Shown: positions 9,528 to 21,325, counted from the stretch's first letter. The stretch: DNA of 64,000 bases from an uncultured Gammaproteobacteria bacterium (GCA_963714975.1 CAVQQD010000002.1:352001-416000); one strand, 5' to 3'. The notes: generated by a model not told the origin, from the letters alone. Numbers and translations are program-made.

Positions 9528-10469
9528 ATGCAAACAACTACTGAAGACAAGCTCCTATCATTGCCTGATGACGCAATTAGCGATGAATTTAAACTGATTA
9601 GTCGGCGCAGTTTTGATAACAAAGAAACCGGAGAGTTTATCGATCCAGACATTGGTTTAGTCCATGTTTTGTCTGCCAGATGTACTATCCTACAAGGAAA
9701 TCCTGGGAATTTGCCAGAACCTTATGATGCTTTAGACGATTACATCCGCTTTTTGAAGGGAATCGAAATAGCTAAGAAAATTGCTGCAAAAAGGCTTGGT
9801 ATTTCAGCAGAGAAACTTAGCCAAGAACAATGCATCATCCCAATCCTTTACAATGGCCTAGACATTCATAATGAACATCTAAAAAAAGCCATCAAAAAAG
9901 GAATGATAGCTTACCCAGCAAATAAAATTATTATCAGCAAACTTGACCCTCGATTCCAACATACTGGTGGGCAAATGGCCTCGTTGTCTGACGTTTTTGA
10001 TGAAGGGTGCGTGAAGGGACATCAAGGAGATGAAGATATTGACTTAGCAAAGGTTAACCGCATTGCTATCGTAACCAGTGCCTATCATGCGCCTCGCACA
10101 GCTAGAACTGTGAGTGCGGATTCTCCTGCATTAAGGCTTGGAAAAGATCCAGAAAGCAATAGCCCATTAGAATCAAAAATATTTTACATCTTTGTAGCTG
10201 ATCCTGAATTCACGAGAACCAATGCCCTAGCTGATAAAGTAGGAGAGCATAAGCGTATTTTAAGCTACCCTTTTGGGACAAATCCTGCTATTTCTCTGTT
10301 TACTACCTCCAACGTATTTTTTTCTCCTACTCAAGTCTTTGAACAACAAAGCTTTAATCTACAATCCAGGTCACTTACATACAAGCTCCCTGAAGAGGAA
10401 AAAGATAGCGCAAAATCTTATAACACAGATGAAGAATTATGCGACCCTTCTTACATAAGTACTTATTAG
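9528..10469 (+). CDS. Hypothetical protein with a DUF218/YdcF-like motif; candidate effector
   Basis: IAIVTSAYHAPRT resembles the YdcF VTSxxHxxR motif; acidic C-terminal tail. Confidence 0.5.
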   Translation: MQTTTEDKLLSLPDDAISDEFKLISRRSFDNKETGEFIDPDIGLVHVLSARCTILQGNPGNLPEPYDALDDYIRFLKGIEIAKKIAAKRLGISAEKLSQEQCIIPILYNGLDIHNEHLKKAIKKGMIAYPANKIIISKLDPRFQHTGGQMASLSDVFDEGCVKGHQGDEDIDLAKVNRIAIVTSAYHAPRTARTVSADSPALRLGKDPESNSPLESKIFYIFVADPEFTRTNALADKVGEHKRILSYPFGTNPAISLFTTSNVFFSPTQVFEQQSFNLQSRSLTYKLPEEEKDSAKSYNTDEELCDPSYISTY

Positions 10470-10522
10470 TTACAAAAATTATAGTTTAGATTGCTGAATT
10501 TTCATATGCATGATGCGTTTCT

Positions 10523-10891
10523 CTAGTGCTCTGAGAAGGTCATGACCATAAAAAGTCTGCCAATATCAAGTAATAGATCGGTACCACAGCAGACTAGATC
10601 TACTACCGTGGATGCCAATAATTTTGATTTCTGGGGATATTGATAAAAAGGATAATACCGTAAATAGCGATTGACTAATTTTCTGATCACTGCAATTAAG
10701 TCTTGTTGTGCCAATATGGTAGTCAAACTTAGGCTCACTACTGTATTGAGGTGAGTTAGAAATTCTTGCGCATCAACCCTGGAAATTTTTCCAGGGTGAT
10801 GGCCATAATATTGAAAGGTTTTCCCAAATAAATCAGCAAGCTGCGCAATTTCTGCTGGTTTATAAGGAATCTTAGGCACATGATTTTTCAT
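10523..10891 (-). CDS. Hypothetical protein (likely start MKNHVPK)
   Basis: ORF directly downstream of the receiver-domain fragment; no recognisable motif. Confidence 0.4.
   Translation of the reverse strand: MKNHVPKIPYKPAEIAQLADLFGKTFQYYGHHPGKISRVDAQEFLTHLNTVVSLSLTTILAQQDLIAVIRKLVNRYLRYYPFYQYPQKSKLLASTVVDLVCCGTDLLLDIGRLFMVMTFSEH
10773..10806. repeat. 34-bp direct repeat, copy 2
   Basis: tcaaccctggaaatttttccagggtgatggccat. Confidence 0.7.
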
Positions 10892-10892
10892 G

Positions 10893-11136
10893 TTAGTTTT
10901 CCAGAAAATAATCTTTATCGTAATATAGTACAAGATGCTTAACCAATTGCTCACATAATTCTCCGAGCAGTGGCTTAAATAAAAAACCATTACAGCCGAT
11001 CTCCCGAGCTTCTTTTTTATGTTCTTCAGTGCCATGTGCGGTTAAAATGATAATCGGTAGCGTGTTGATTTTATCTGGGAACCTGCGAATAATTCGCGCT
11101 AATGCTAAGCCACTCATATCCGGAAGACCTAGAATC
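10893..11136 (-). pseudogene. CheY-like receiver domain, 5' part lost at the IS4 insertion
   Basis: LGLPDMSGLALARIIR...PIIILTAH...GFLFKP. Confidence 0.8.
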
Positions 11137-12687
11137 CAATGGCACTACCTTAAGGAGCAAAGATGAATATAAGCCTATGATTTAGATGAAAAAAGATGAA
11201 ATCAGTTTCCAAATTTAATATTATTGTTGTAGCAAACACACAATAATAAAAAAAGGAAACTGATCTGTGAATTTTAAAAAGAAAAATAAAATTAAGCAAG
11301 TTAAAAATAAAAGACAAGAATTGGCTGATGGTGCACCAGACATTTTCCTGTTAAACCTATTGAATTCAGAAAAATGTCAGAAGATACTTAGAGAGTGCCG
11401 GGAATATCGTGACCGGATATATAGCCCCACCAAAACCTTATTTACGTTTATTAAACAAGTTTTAAATCCAGATAAATCCTGCAAAAAAGCGGTTGCTGGT
11501 GTTGTTGTGGAGCAGCTGCATAGTAAAAAAAAGAAGCAGAATAAAATAAGCTCAAATACTGGCCCCTATTGTAAGGCCAGAAAGCGATTGCCTGAAGATA
11601 CTGTGAAGGCATTAGTTAAAGAATCTGGAGCTTTCCCTTTGAAATCTATTCCAATGAGATGGAAAGTCTATGGCCGAGAATTAAAAGCATTTGATGGATC
11701 TTACCGTCAAAATGTCGGATACAAAAGCTAATCAAAAAAAATTTCCTCAGCATGGTAATCAGAAAAAAGGGGCTGGATTTCCTATGGCGCGAATAGTAGC
11801 CGTTATGTCACTGACGCGGGGAACCGTAATAGATTATGCAATAGGGGCTCACAAAGGAAAGGGCACAGGAGAAATCTCATTATTAAGAGAAATTATAAAC
11901 TGCATTAAAGCCGACGATATTGTGCTGGGTGACCGTTATTACCCCAATTTTTTTCTTATGGCGGACTTAAAAAAAATAGGAGCTGATGGTGTTTTTCGCG
12001 GACAAAGTCAAAGGAATTATGATTTTAGAATGGGACAAAAATTGGGTAAAAATGATCACATTGTCAACTGGGAGAAACCACAGAAACCGGAATGGATGAC
12101 ACAAAAGCAATATGAGGCATACCCCGATCAAATTTCCATACGGGAATTTAAAGTATCAGGCCACATATACGTTACAACATTTTTAGACAAAAAATACCAC
12201 AAAGCAGAGCTTGCCCAAATATATAAGCGAAGGTGGGAGGTGGAGCTTAATTTGCGAAGTATTAAAAGTATCATGAATATGGATATGTTATCGTGCAAAA
12301 CACCAGAAATGGTTAGAAAAGAAATAGGAATTCATTTATTAGCATATAATTTTATCAGAATAATTATAGCAAAAGCTTGTTATGAGTATGGCGTTAATCC
12401 ATGGGAAATAAGCTTTAAGGGAAGTGTGCAGCTACTAAATGAATTTATTCCTTATTTTATAAGCTCAAATCAGGTGAGCAACCATAAAATGTATATTGAG
12501 ATGTTAAAATTAATTGTGCAAAACAAAGTTGGAAATAGACCAGATAGGGTGGAGCCCAGGCTAGTCAAGCAAAGACCGAAACCATTTCCAGCCTTGAAGA
12601 GAAACAGAGCAATCGAAAAAGAAAAATTGCTACGTAAAATAAATAAAAGGATTTTAAAATATTCTGTGGCTTAAGGTAGTGCCATTG
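11137..12687 (+). mobile_element. IS4-family insertion sequence (full length)
   Basis: 18-bp TIR caatggcactaccttaag / cttaaggtagtgccattg; ~10-bp target duplication gacctaga(a)tc at 11126-11136 and 12688-12697. Confidence 0.93.
11267..12674 (+). pseudogene. IS4 transposase split by one frameshift near 11697
   Basis: ORFs 11267-11731 and 11691-12674; DG, DRYY and YKRRWEVE (YREK) motifs. Confidence 0.85.
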
Positions 12688-12697
12688 GACCTAGATC

Positions 12698-12729
12698 GAT
12701 CACTTATGTGGAGCTCCACATAAGTGATC
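12698..12729. repeat. Perfect 32-bp palindrome
   Basis: gatcacttatgtggag|ctccacataagtgatc. Confidence 0.9.
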
Positions 12730-12779
12730 TTATGTTGACACTTCACTAATGTGGAGTAATTTTTATATCTATACGCTTA

Positions 12780-13368
12780 CAGGGGTGGTGGTGTAACGAA
12801 ATGTAATCACTCATTTGGCGCGTGCCAAAAAAAGATACTGCGTGTAAATCTCATCAACCAACCGTAGCAACCCCTGTTGCTCATCACTGAACACTGTGGG
12901 GCGAGGTGTGTAATAAACACTGGATCTGTTCAGCTCCAATATCGCGCATTGTTGCCGCACTGACAACAGCGCATGCTCGGCATCAACCCACCCCAACCGT
13001 TCATGTACAGAACACGTCACACTTTTTTTAGAAAATCATTTTCTACCTTTAATCGACCGATCTGCTCATATAACTTACCTAATTGCGTTTCATAGGTGGT
13101 TATTTCCTGCTTACCTTTATCATTAAACGCATCGGGCAAATACGCTAATGCCTGCTTTTTCCACGCATTTACCTGGGTTGAGTGAATTTTGTACTTGGCC
13201 GTAATCTCGGCCAACGTCAATTCTCCTTTGATCGCTTCTAATGCAATCTTGGCTTTTTCCGCCGGACTATATTTTTTACGTTTATCGCTCATCTCGTCTC
13301 CTGGTTTTTAGACGAGAATTATATCTTAGCTACTCCGTTTAGTGGTCCGAATTTATTGACCTACTATA
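12780..13368 (-). mobile_element. Truncated IS3-family element (orfA 13017-13292 plus start of orfB)
   Basis: OrfA is a close paralog of 62185-62478; IR tatagtaggtcaataaattcggac ends at 13368; left boundary approximate. Confidence 0.85.
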
Positions 13369-13733
13369 AAGCACGGTGTATGCTGAACTTATTAAATGGA
13401 TGCAACTATAAAAAAACATGATTAGCAATGCGCCTTTCCAGTAGGACTGTAAACTATTATTGCAGCAGGATGCGGGGAAAATTACGCTGTAAAAATAAAA
13501 AAGAATTGATTATCTTTAGGTTTAATAGTTGATTCACTAAGTATAACTCAAGTAGTTTACGCTGCTTCGGAAGCAACCATTAGTTATAAAAATCTTGGAA
13601 CTCAAATATTGTTGGATCAGATTTGTATCATAAAATTAAGTAACCATGGCTAGATCTTGACCTTATGCGCCTCTGATTTGTAAAGAAATGCGATTATTAT
13701 TTTTATACTGTTTAATTTATTCTAAGGAAAGAG

Positions 13734-14270
13734 ATGAGTATGGCTAAATCTCAAAAAACCGAAGTAAAAAAGAAAAAATCGAATGTATCGGTGACTCGTA
13801 AGCTACCTGGTGTGCCTCCGGGTTATCATACTGTCACCCCTTATTTAATAGTCAAGCAAGCTGCCAAAGCTATTGATTTTTATAAGATTGCTTTTGGAGC
13901 TATAGAGGTCGCACGCATAGAATATCCAAAAGGCAGCATTAGGTACGCTGAATTAAAGATGGGTGATAGTAAAATCATGCTGACAGAAGCAAGCCTTAAG
14001 AGGAATATGTACAGCCCGCAAGACTTACAGGGTTCTCCAGTATTTATTAGCTTATATGTAGGAGATGTAGATGCAATGGTTAAGCGTGCGATAGCAGCTG
14101 GAGCAAAACTACTACAGCCGGTCGAAAACATGTATTATGGTGGTGATCGAAGCGCAGATTTAGAAGACCCTTACGGGCACAAATGGTTTATTTCAACACG
14201 GGTTGAAAGAATATCTATGACTCAAATTAGAAAGCGAGCGATAGAATGGTATAAGAAAAACGAAAAATAG
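13734..14270 (+). CDS. VOC/glyoxalase (PhnB-like) protein
   Basis: GYHTVTPYL, AIDFYKIAFGA, EDPYGHKW. Confidence 0.9.
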   Translation: MSMAKSQKTEVKKKKSNVSVTRKLPGVPPGYHTVTPYLIVKQAAKAIDFYKIAFGAIEVARIEYPKGSIRYAELKMGDSKIMLTEASLKRNMYSPQDLQGSPVFISLYVGDVDAMVKRAIAAGAKLLQPVENMYYGGDRSADLEDPYGHKWFISTRVERISMTQIRKRAIEWYKKNEK

Positions 14271-14326
14271 GCATAAAAAAAGTAATTATTGGCGTACAGT
14301 GCAACATGAAAGTGTGGGTCATAGAC

Positions 14327-15180
14327 CAATGGCACTAACTTAAGGAATAGTCATTTTAAGCGCTCACTTTTTTATAGTAAGATTTCCTTGGTTTTTGCAA
14401 CCGAGGGAAAGATTTTGGCCGACGCTTAACCATTCGCGGTTCACTACGCCCCGGTCGATTTCCAACTTTTTTATATGCAATTGCTTGAAGCATTTTACTG
14501 TAAATTATTTCGTTTTGTTCAGAAAAAATTTTTGCCTGACGAAATGCAAGAATAATTTGCAATGCTAATTTGAAGCTCAATTCGCGGGGATTTTTATTAT
14601 GCTTGATTGCTGCTTGAGCCATTATTTTTCTAACCAAGTTATAAACCAGTAAATGCGCCCAAACCTCCTTGTGTACCATCTTAGGCGATTTCCCACGTAA
14701 AACATCCATTTTCATGGTTTTTTTGATGGCTAACAAATTAATTTCCACAAACCAACGACAATCATATAATGTCCCTAATTCATTCTTATTTACTTCAGCA
14801 GTACCCAAAAAAGTGGTTACAAGAACTCGTGACTTTACTCGAAATCCTGGGCGATGATGGCTAATTGATACTTCACGCACCGTTATTTCGTCAGGAAATT
14901 CCTTATAAGTGCCTTCATCCATCCATTCGGGTTTGGCAGGCTTTTTCCACTGAACAAGATGATCTTTTACTCCAACCCGCTTGCCCCTGCGAAAATCACA
15001 ATCACGTGCATGATGAATTGGAAAAACAACGTCAACGTTCATCTGTATAAATTTTGCTACGAGAAAAAATGAGGCATAATAGCAATCGCCCAATACAACA
15101 TCTTTTGGCTTAAAAACAGATGTTACTTGACGCAACAATGCATGTTCTCCTGTTCCTTTGCCTCCGTATGGCCCGCCCAA
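14327..15180 (-). mobile_element. Partial IS4-family element (3' part of transposase 14356-15180 plus one TIR)
   Basis: TIR caatggcactaacttaag at 14327; protein is a paralog of 11691-12674. Confidence 0.85.
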
Positions 15181-15387
15181 TCGCCAAATCCCGGTGGCCC
15201 TTGCCCACCTTTAGGCAAAACTCATCGTTATGTATTCGTGCTGCGGCTTTAGAACCACCTACCAGTTCTAAAAATTATGGTTATCTAATTGGGCGCAAGC
15301 GGAACTGCTGTTCTTTTTAGAGTTATTGTTTTATGATAACGATATTAATTACCATCCTGATTTACCTAATTATTAAAGAGAAGTTAT

Positions 15388-16293
15388 ATGCACAAACTCA
15401 GACAATTTCTGTTTTTATTATTCCTTTTATGCCTAAATTCTGCTGTTGTCGCGAAACCTGAAGCCAATCAAAGCGTTCTCCCTTTGAAATTTGATACTGG
15501 AAATTTAGCGCCTTATGGCTTGCCGTCAACAGTGATTAACATAGCTGGCAAAGAATACCCCGTTATCTTTGATATAGGCGCAAAAAAATATGCACTTGCG
15601 TTGACTAAAAAAGCATTAGAAGGCATTCAAGTTCACTTTACGGGCAAGAAAATTTGCAGCACTTCAGTCAGAGGTAAGGACTGCCTGGATGAATTTATTG
15701 TTCCTGAAGTTCAACTTGGCGCATTTACTGTAAAAAACGTAAAGGGTGTAGTATTAGACAACAGTAAATTATGGGGTGGAAATGGCCAGGATTTCAAAGA
15801 AACTGAGGCATCTCAAATCGGTCTTATGGGTTTTCCATTGCTATCTGAGTTTAATCTGTTACTTGACTACCCGCATGCAAAATTAATAGTGGTTAAATCA
15901 GGAGCAAAACCCACTGACTATCCAGTAGATCAATGGATTTCCATTCCTTTTCAGGGACATTTACTAACCAAATTAAATTTTGACAATAAACCTATTTTAT
16001 TAAGTTGGGATACAGGTGCTCTACCTTCTGTGATTAAAGAATCTTTCGCGAATAGCATTCTAAAAAAACCCTGCCCAACGGACGCACCTTATGCAAAAAA
16101 AGAGTGCAGCAGTATACAATCCACTTCATTCAGCACAACAGAACGAAAGCAATTACCCAACATTTGGTTTAAAACAATTAATACACTACCACCAATTGCT
16201 CCTTTCGATGGCTTAGTCGGAAGTAATTTTTATGCCGATAATATGATTTATTTTGATTTTGATCAGAAAGTGATTTTTGTAAAACCCCATTAA
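15388..16293 (+). CDS. Secreted two-domain retropepsin-like aspartyl protease
   Basis: Signal peptide; VIFDIGA and LSWDTGA; GLMGFPLL and GLVGSNF motifs. Confidence 0.75.
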   Translation: MHKLRQFLFLLFLLCLNSAVVAKPEANQSVLPLKFDTGNLAPYGLPSTVINIAGKEYPVIFDIGAKKYALALTKKALEGIQVHFTGKKICSTSVRGKDCLDEFIVPEVQLGAFTVKNVKGVVLDNSKLWGGNGQDFKETEASQIGLMGFPLLSEFNLLLDYPHAKLIVVKSGAKPTDYPVDQWISIPFQGHLLTKLNFDNKPILLSWDTGALPSVIKESFANSILKKPCPTDAPYAKKECSSIQSTSFSTTERKQLPNIWFKTINTLPPIAPFDGLVGSNFYADNMIYFDFDQKVIFVKPH

Positions 16294-16308
16294 ACTATTA
16301 AATATGCC

Positions 16309-16785
16309 ATGCAGCCAACTTTTACAGACAATCAGCATTTTAATTATTTAAAAGATCGAGTAGATATTATTGATACAATTCTACGTAGCGCTTATGCCAT
16401 GGACTTGCATGATTGGTCATTGTTGCGTTCCTGCTTGGACGATGAAGTTTTCGTTGATTATTCTGCATTGCGAAACCAACCTGCACAACTAATGTCTGCT
16501 GATGAATTTGTAGCTAAAAGGGCTAAAGATCTGTCGCACTTGAAATTGCAACATATCAGCACTAATCATTTGGCCACTATTGAAGAAAATAAAGCAAAAT
16601 GTACTTGCTGCTTTCTGATTCATCGGTTAGAGCCCATTACTTGCGCTACATTTGATACTGCAGGTCATTATGCTTATGAGCTAGTTCGCAAGAAAACAGT
16701 TTGGTACATTAAGGAAATTATACAAACCGTACTCTGGAATCGAGGTGACAGTAGTATACATGGAGCACTCAGAGATAAAAAATAG
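16309..16785 (+). CDS. SnoaL/NTF2-like protein
   Basis: AYAMDLHDW, LQHISTNH, GHYAYEL. Confidence 0.8.
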   Translation: MQPTFTDNQHFNYLKDRVDIIDTILRSAYAMDLHDWSLLRSCLDDEVFVDYSALRNQPAQLMSADEFVAKRAKDLSHLKLQHISTNHLATIEENKAKCTCCFLIHRLEPITCATFDTAGHYAYELVRKKTVWYIKEIIQTVLWNRGDSSIHGALRDKK

Positions 16786-16900
16786 CCGTTGTTGATAGCA
16801 TTACCGATTACCCAGCGTTGTGAATGATTTAAAGCATCATGGGTTCAAACCATTCCACTAAACGCGCGCGTAAACCTCATAAACGTAAATTACAGGAGTC

Positions 16901-17692
16901 TTGATCTTGGAAATTTTTTCAAACAACGCATTTAATCATAAAAATATCATCATTATTGGTGGCGCAGGCGATATTGGTTCAGAAATCGCCATGCAATTTG
17001 CAATGGCTGGCGCTCCTAGAGTTGCCTTGCTAGATAGAGATAAAGAAGGTCTTGATAGAACAACTAGCCAATTAAAAAATACTGCATCTGAGGTCTTGCA
17101 ATTTGAAATTAACCTTGCAGATGAGCATTCCATAGAGCAAACCATCAAAAATCTTTATATAGATTTTAAATCTTGGAACGTTTTAGTGACTACAGCTGGT
17201 GTTTTCAAAGGTGGTGAATTAATTGATTTAAAAGCGGATGATTGGGATAGATTAATGACTATCAATGCCAGGGCTGTATTTCTTTCCTCAAAATTAGTTG
17301 CTGAAAAAATGATGGAAATAGGTGGTGGAAAAATCATCCACGTGGGTTCGAGTTCAACTTACTATGGAACCGCCGGCAGCGGTGGTTACGCCGCTTCTAA
17401 AGTAGTAATTAATCAACTAACGCAAACTATGGCTGTAGAATGGGGGCCGCATAACATACAGGTAAATACTGTTTGTCCGACTGTCACTGAAACTAAATTT
17501 TTAGGATTTGTTGCTGGAGATGCATTACATGAAAAATTTAGAGAAAAGTTAAAAACACGTATCCCGTTAAAGCGCTTACTTAAGCCATCTGATATTGCAC
17601 CAACTGTTCTATTTCTTTCCAGCGATGGCTCTCAATTGATTAATGGCGCCATCATTCCAATTGATGGTGGCGCTCGCTGGGTTTCAACCTAA
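16901..17692 (+). CDS. Short-chain dehydrogenase/reductase
   Basis: GGAGDIG, YAASK, IDGG. Confidence 0.92.
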   Translation: MILEIFSNNAFNHKNIIIIGGAGDIGSEIAMQFAMAGAPRVALLDRDKEGLDRTTSQLKNTASEVLQFEINLADEHSIEQTIKNLYIDFKSWNVLVTTAGVFKGGELIDLKADDWDRLMTINARAVFLSSKLVAEKMMEIGGGKIIHVGSSSTYYGTAGSGGYAASKVVINQLTQTMAVEWGPHNIQVNTVCPTVTETKFLGFVAGDALHEKFREKLKTRIPLKRLLKPSDIAPTVLFLSSDGSQLINGAIIPIDGGARWVST

Positions 17693-17727
17693 AAAAACAT
17701 ATCAGCATCTTAATTGAAGGAATATGC

Positions 17728-18903
17728 ATGAATAAAATTTATTGGTTTCCAACGGTTGCAGGTTTATGGGTTTTATTCATTGGCCTTGGATTATGTCGAT
17801 TTTCCTACACGCCACTCATACCCGATTTAATTAATCAAGGTTGGGTGAATCAAGCCCAAGCAGGTTATTTAGGTGCTATCAATTATTTAGGTTATTTGCT
17901 GGGGGCACTGCTGGCTAAAAGGATCAGCCATATTTATCCTACCCCAAAATTAATTCGATTGAGCCTCATTTTAGCGATCATAAGCTTAGGGTTGTGCGCC
18001 ATTAATATCAGCTTCAGTTGGCTTTCCATTTGGAGATGGTTGGCTGGCTTAGTGGGCGCTTTTTTTATGGTGTTGACGCCTTCTTTTATTGTGAAAGATA
18101 TCCCAGTCACTTATCAAGGCAGAGCAGTAGGCATTATTTTCACTGGCATAGGTCTGAGTATTATGATTTCTGGATTCGCCTTTCCACCACTTGCCAAACT
18201 GCACATAGCATTGGCATGGTTGGCGATGAGCCTATTAGCACTAATAGGCGCCCTTATTGCCTGGCGTACTTTTCAGCCCACCTCAAAATACAGTAATGGC
18301 AGCGTAATAAAAGCATCCAGCATTATTCACTCGACCCAATCCAGAAACTTAACATTAACAGCGATATCATATATTTTATTTGGTATAGCCTGTGTGCCCT
18401 ATCTATTATTTTTAGCTGATTATATTCATAGACAATTACACATTAGCTCCCTTGCAAGCGGTATTTTTTGGTCATTGTTTGGTATTGGTGCGCTAATTGG
18501 CCCATTCTCCTTCGGCTGGCTCGCTGACAAAATTGGTAATTACAAAAGTTTGTTTGTAATCTATTTTTTTTCATTTCTTGGTGGGGCTATGATGATAGGA
18601 CATCAAATTAACATTTTGTATGCGATATCTTGCTTTTGCATGGGGGCATTTTTGTTTGGCATTCTTACGCTCACTTCTCTTAGAACCCATGAATTCGTAG
18701 GTGGTGAACTACATTCTCTCTATTGGGGGAAAATGACATTATATTACGCCATCAGCCAAGCAGGCAGTGCCTACTTAATGTCTTTTCTCTTACATCGAGG
18801 TGTAAGTTATACGACTTGCTTCAGTATGGCTGCTTTACTTTTATTGTTAGCTGCGTTCATCACTTTTTTCACAAAGCAAAAAAAAAGTTTGTTAGGTCCT
18901 TGA
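17728..18903 (+). CDS. YbfB/YjiJ-family MFS transporter
   Basis: GLGLCRFSYTPLIP, AINYLGYLLGA; about 12 TM segments. Confidence 0.88.
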   Translation: MNKIYWFPTVAGLWVLFIGLGLCRFSYTPLIPDLINQGWVNQAQAGYLGAINYLGYLLGALLAKRISHIYPTPKLIRLSLILAIISLGLCAINISFSWLSIWRWLAGLVGAFFMVLTPSFIVKDIPVTYQGRAVGIIFTGIGLSIMISGFAFPPLAKLHIALAWLAMSLLALIGALIAWRTFQPTSKYSNGSVIKASSIIHSTQSRNLTLTAISYILFGIACVPYLLFLADYIHRQLHISSLASGIFWSLFGIGALIGPFSFGWLADKIGNYKSLFVIYFFSFLGGAMMIGHQINILYAISCFCMGAFLFGILTLTSLRTHEFVGGELHSLYWGKMTLYYAISQAGSAYLMSFLLHRGVSYTTCFSMAALLLLLAAFITFFTKQKKSLLGP

Positions 18904-18955
18904 AAATGCTGTTTATCAATCAGGGTTATATCTGGCGCCATTATCCAATTGAATC

Positions 18956-19204
18956 ATGGCGCCATTCATACTAGCAGGCTGGGCTAGCGTTGCACCACAA
19001 CAGCATGCTCTGGTGACGCAGAATCACGCACATGCCACCTCGTCTATCGCGTGGAACTCATCTGTCAATTATCTGGGAAGTGCCGTTGGTGCAACAGTTG
19101 GGTCAGTAGCATTGAGTGCGCATATATCTGCTTCGTGGCTGCCGTTGGGTGCAGTGGCGGTAGTAATTGTAGCGGCAGGGATTCACCTCATTAAAATGAG
19201 ATAG
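18956..19204 (+). pseudogene. C-terminal fragment of an MFS transporter
   Basis: PQQHAL...WNSSVNYLGSAVGA. Confidence 0.65.
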
Positions 19205-19323
19205 AAGTTAATGCAGGTGGAAACTGTCAATTTTGATCTTACTAAGACAAAGCCAAAGGATATACACTTCTCTACATGATCATGAAAAGGAAAAACCCCT
19301 TTAATTAAAAACGACTGCTAAGT

Positions 19324-19895
19324 TTAAATATCGTGTACAGAAGCTTTGTTTAAAAAATTGATTGCTGTTTTGCACATTACCATAGCTGCAATGCGCATAA
19401 TATCGTCTGGAAAATCGAATTCCGAGGTATGTACTGGAGAAGAGTTTTCTCCAGCCCCCACCAAGAAAAAACATCCGGGCACCTTATATAAATATTCTGA
19501 AAAATCTTCGGCTGCTATTTGAGGAGTAGGAAATTCAATTGCTGTTGCCAAAACAAGGTTAGCTTCATTTTCAGTATTAATGGTTGGCGTATGAAATTTG
19601 AAATAATCAATTGAAAAAGTTGCTTCAAAAAAAGTAACAATTTCTTGACACTTTTCTTCAATTTCAAACTTTAATTGGGATAAAACCGTGTCATTTTCTA
19701 CATAATACATGCCAATAAGTTTTACCGTATCAGTCATTCCGCCCTTAATCTCACCGCTTTCAAAACGGATCATATTAATGATTGTACTTCCCGAACTGTA
19801 TTTTTTATGCAATTCCTCTAGTGTAGTAACTATTTTTGCACCAACAATTTCCTACCGAGGAATGGCAGAATCTATTTGCAATTCGCTCATTGTTG
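19324..19895 (-). pseudogene. C-terminal fragment of an M20/M40 amidohydrolase
   Basis: AEDFSEYL, PGCFFLVG, HTSEFDF; upstream boundary approximate. Confidence 0.75.
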
Positions 19896-20010
19896 CCATC
19901 TTGGATGGCCAAGAATATTGGCAAAATCAACTTTGGTATAGATAAACATGCCTGAATATTTTCTTACCCTTGCTCCTAAAGATCGTGAAGAGTCATAAAA
20001 TGGAACGGAA

Positions 20011-20944
20011 ATGAGCACAAAAAAAATAAATCCTGAAAACAAACATAAAAAAGGCGAAATGCTTGTCTACCAAACTGATGACGGGCAGATCAAACTTGAG
20101 GTGCGCCTGGAACTGGAAACCCTTTGGATGAGCCAAAGCGATATGGCGCAACTGTTTCGGAGTTCTACTGATAATATTTCCCTACATTTAAAAAATATCT
20201 ATGAAGAAGGAGAACTAGATCCTCAAGCAACTACCGAGGATTTCTCGGTAATTCGCCAGGAAGTTCAACGACAGATCCGGCGAAAGCTGACACTTTATAA
20301 TTTAGATGCTGTAATCTCGATCGGTTACCAAATCAAAAGCTTAACAGCAACCCGCTTCCGTATCTGGGCTAGTCAGCGACTTAAGGAATATATCATTAAA
20401 GGTTTTACAATAGATGACGAACGACTGAAGAACCCACCTATCAAAGATTCATCTATCCCTGATTATTTTGATGAAATGCTGGAGTGCATCCGTGACATAC
20501 GCGCCAGTGAGCGGCGTATGTATTTGCGGGTAAAAGAAATTTTTTATGGCGGCTGATTATGAGCCAACTTGGAATGAAACTCCTAAGTTTTTCAGCGTTA
20601 TCCAAAATAAACTGCATTTTGCTGCTACAGGAATGACGGCAGCAGAATTGATTCATTCCCGTGCTAATCACTTATTACCAAATATGGGGCTAACTACTTG
20701 GAAAGATAGTGAAGTTCGTAGAACCGATGTGACTATCGCCAAAAACTATCTTCAGGAAAATGAAATCGAAGAATTGAACCGTATTGTGACCATGTGGTTA
20801 GACTTTGCCGAAGATCAAGCAAAGCGCCATAAGCAGGTGTTTATGAATGATTGGAAACAAAAACTCGATGACTTCCTGCGATTCAACACACGGCAAGTGG
20901 CTAACTCGCTTTTAATCAGATGGCGCCACTCGAATTACGACTGA
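20011..20944 (+). pseudogene. rhuM: RhuM-family protein, frameshifted near 20546 and 3'-truncated
   Basis: ETLWMSQ, YNLDAVISIGY, IRDIRASER, IQNKLHFA, IAKNYL. Confidence 0.85.
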
Positions 20945-21325
20945 AGAGCTTATTGAGAAGGTAAAATGACGGAAAATTATGAAATAGGATATGGTGGCGC
21001 GACAGCTCCATGAGATGCTCCCTAGTTAATTACTTAGGTTAGACTATATAGAATGCAGGTATGTAAGGAATTGAAGACATAACCTTCTCGCTTGAGCTTG
21101 TTCTATAAAATTCTATAAATGTCTCAATTGTTTGATTTTATAGATGTTTCTAATTTTACTAACATCTCTAAAATGCTACAAAGTTCTGTACTTTTCTTGG
21201 CACGATTAAACAAGAATTACACCAGAATCCCTTTGCTTACACATAACCGCATGTTGCCCTGTGGCGTTTCTTACTTGCATTTAATCTCTAATGATACCTA
21301 TAATACAAGAACTATTGGAGATTAA

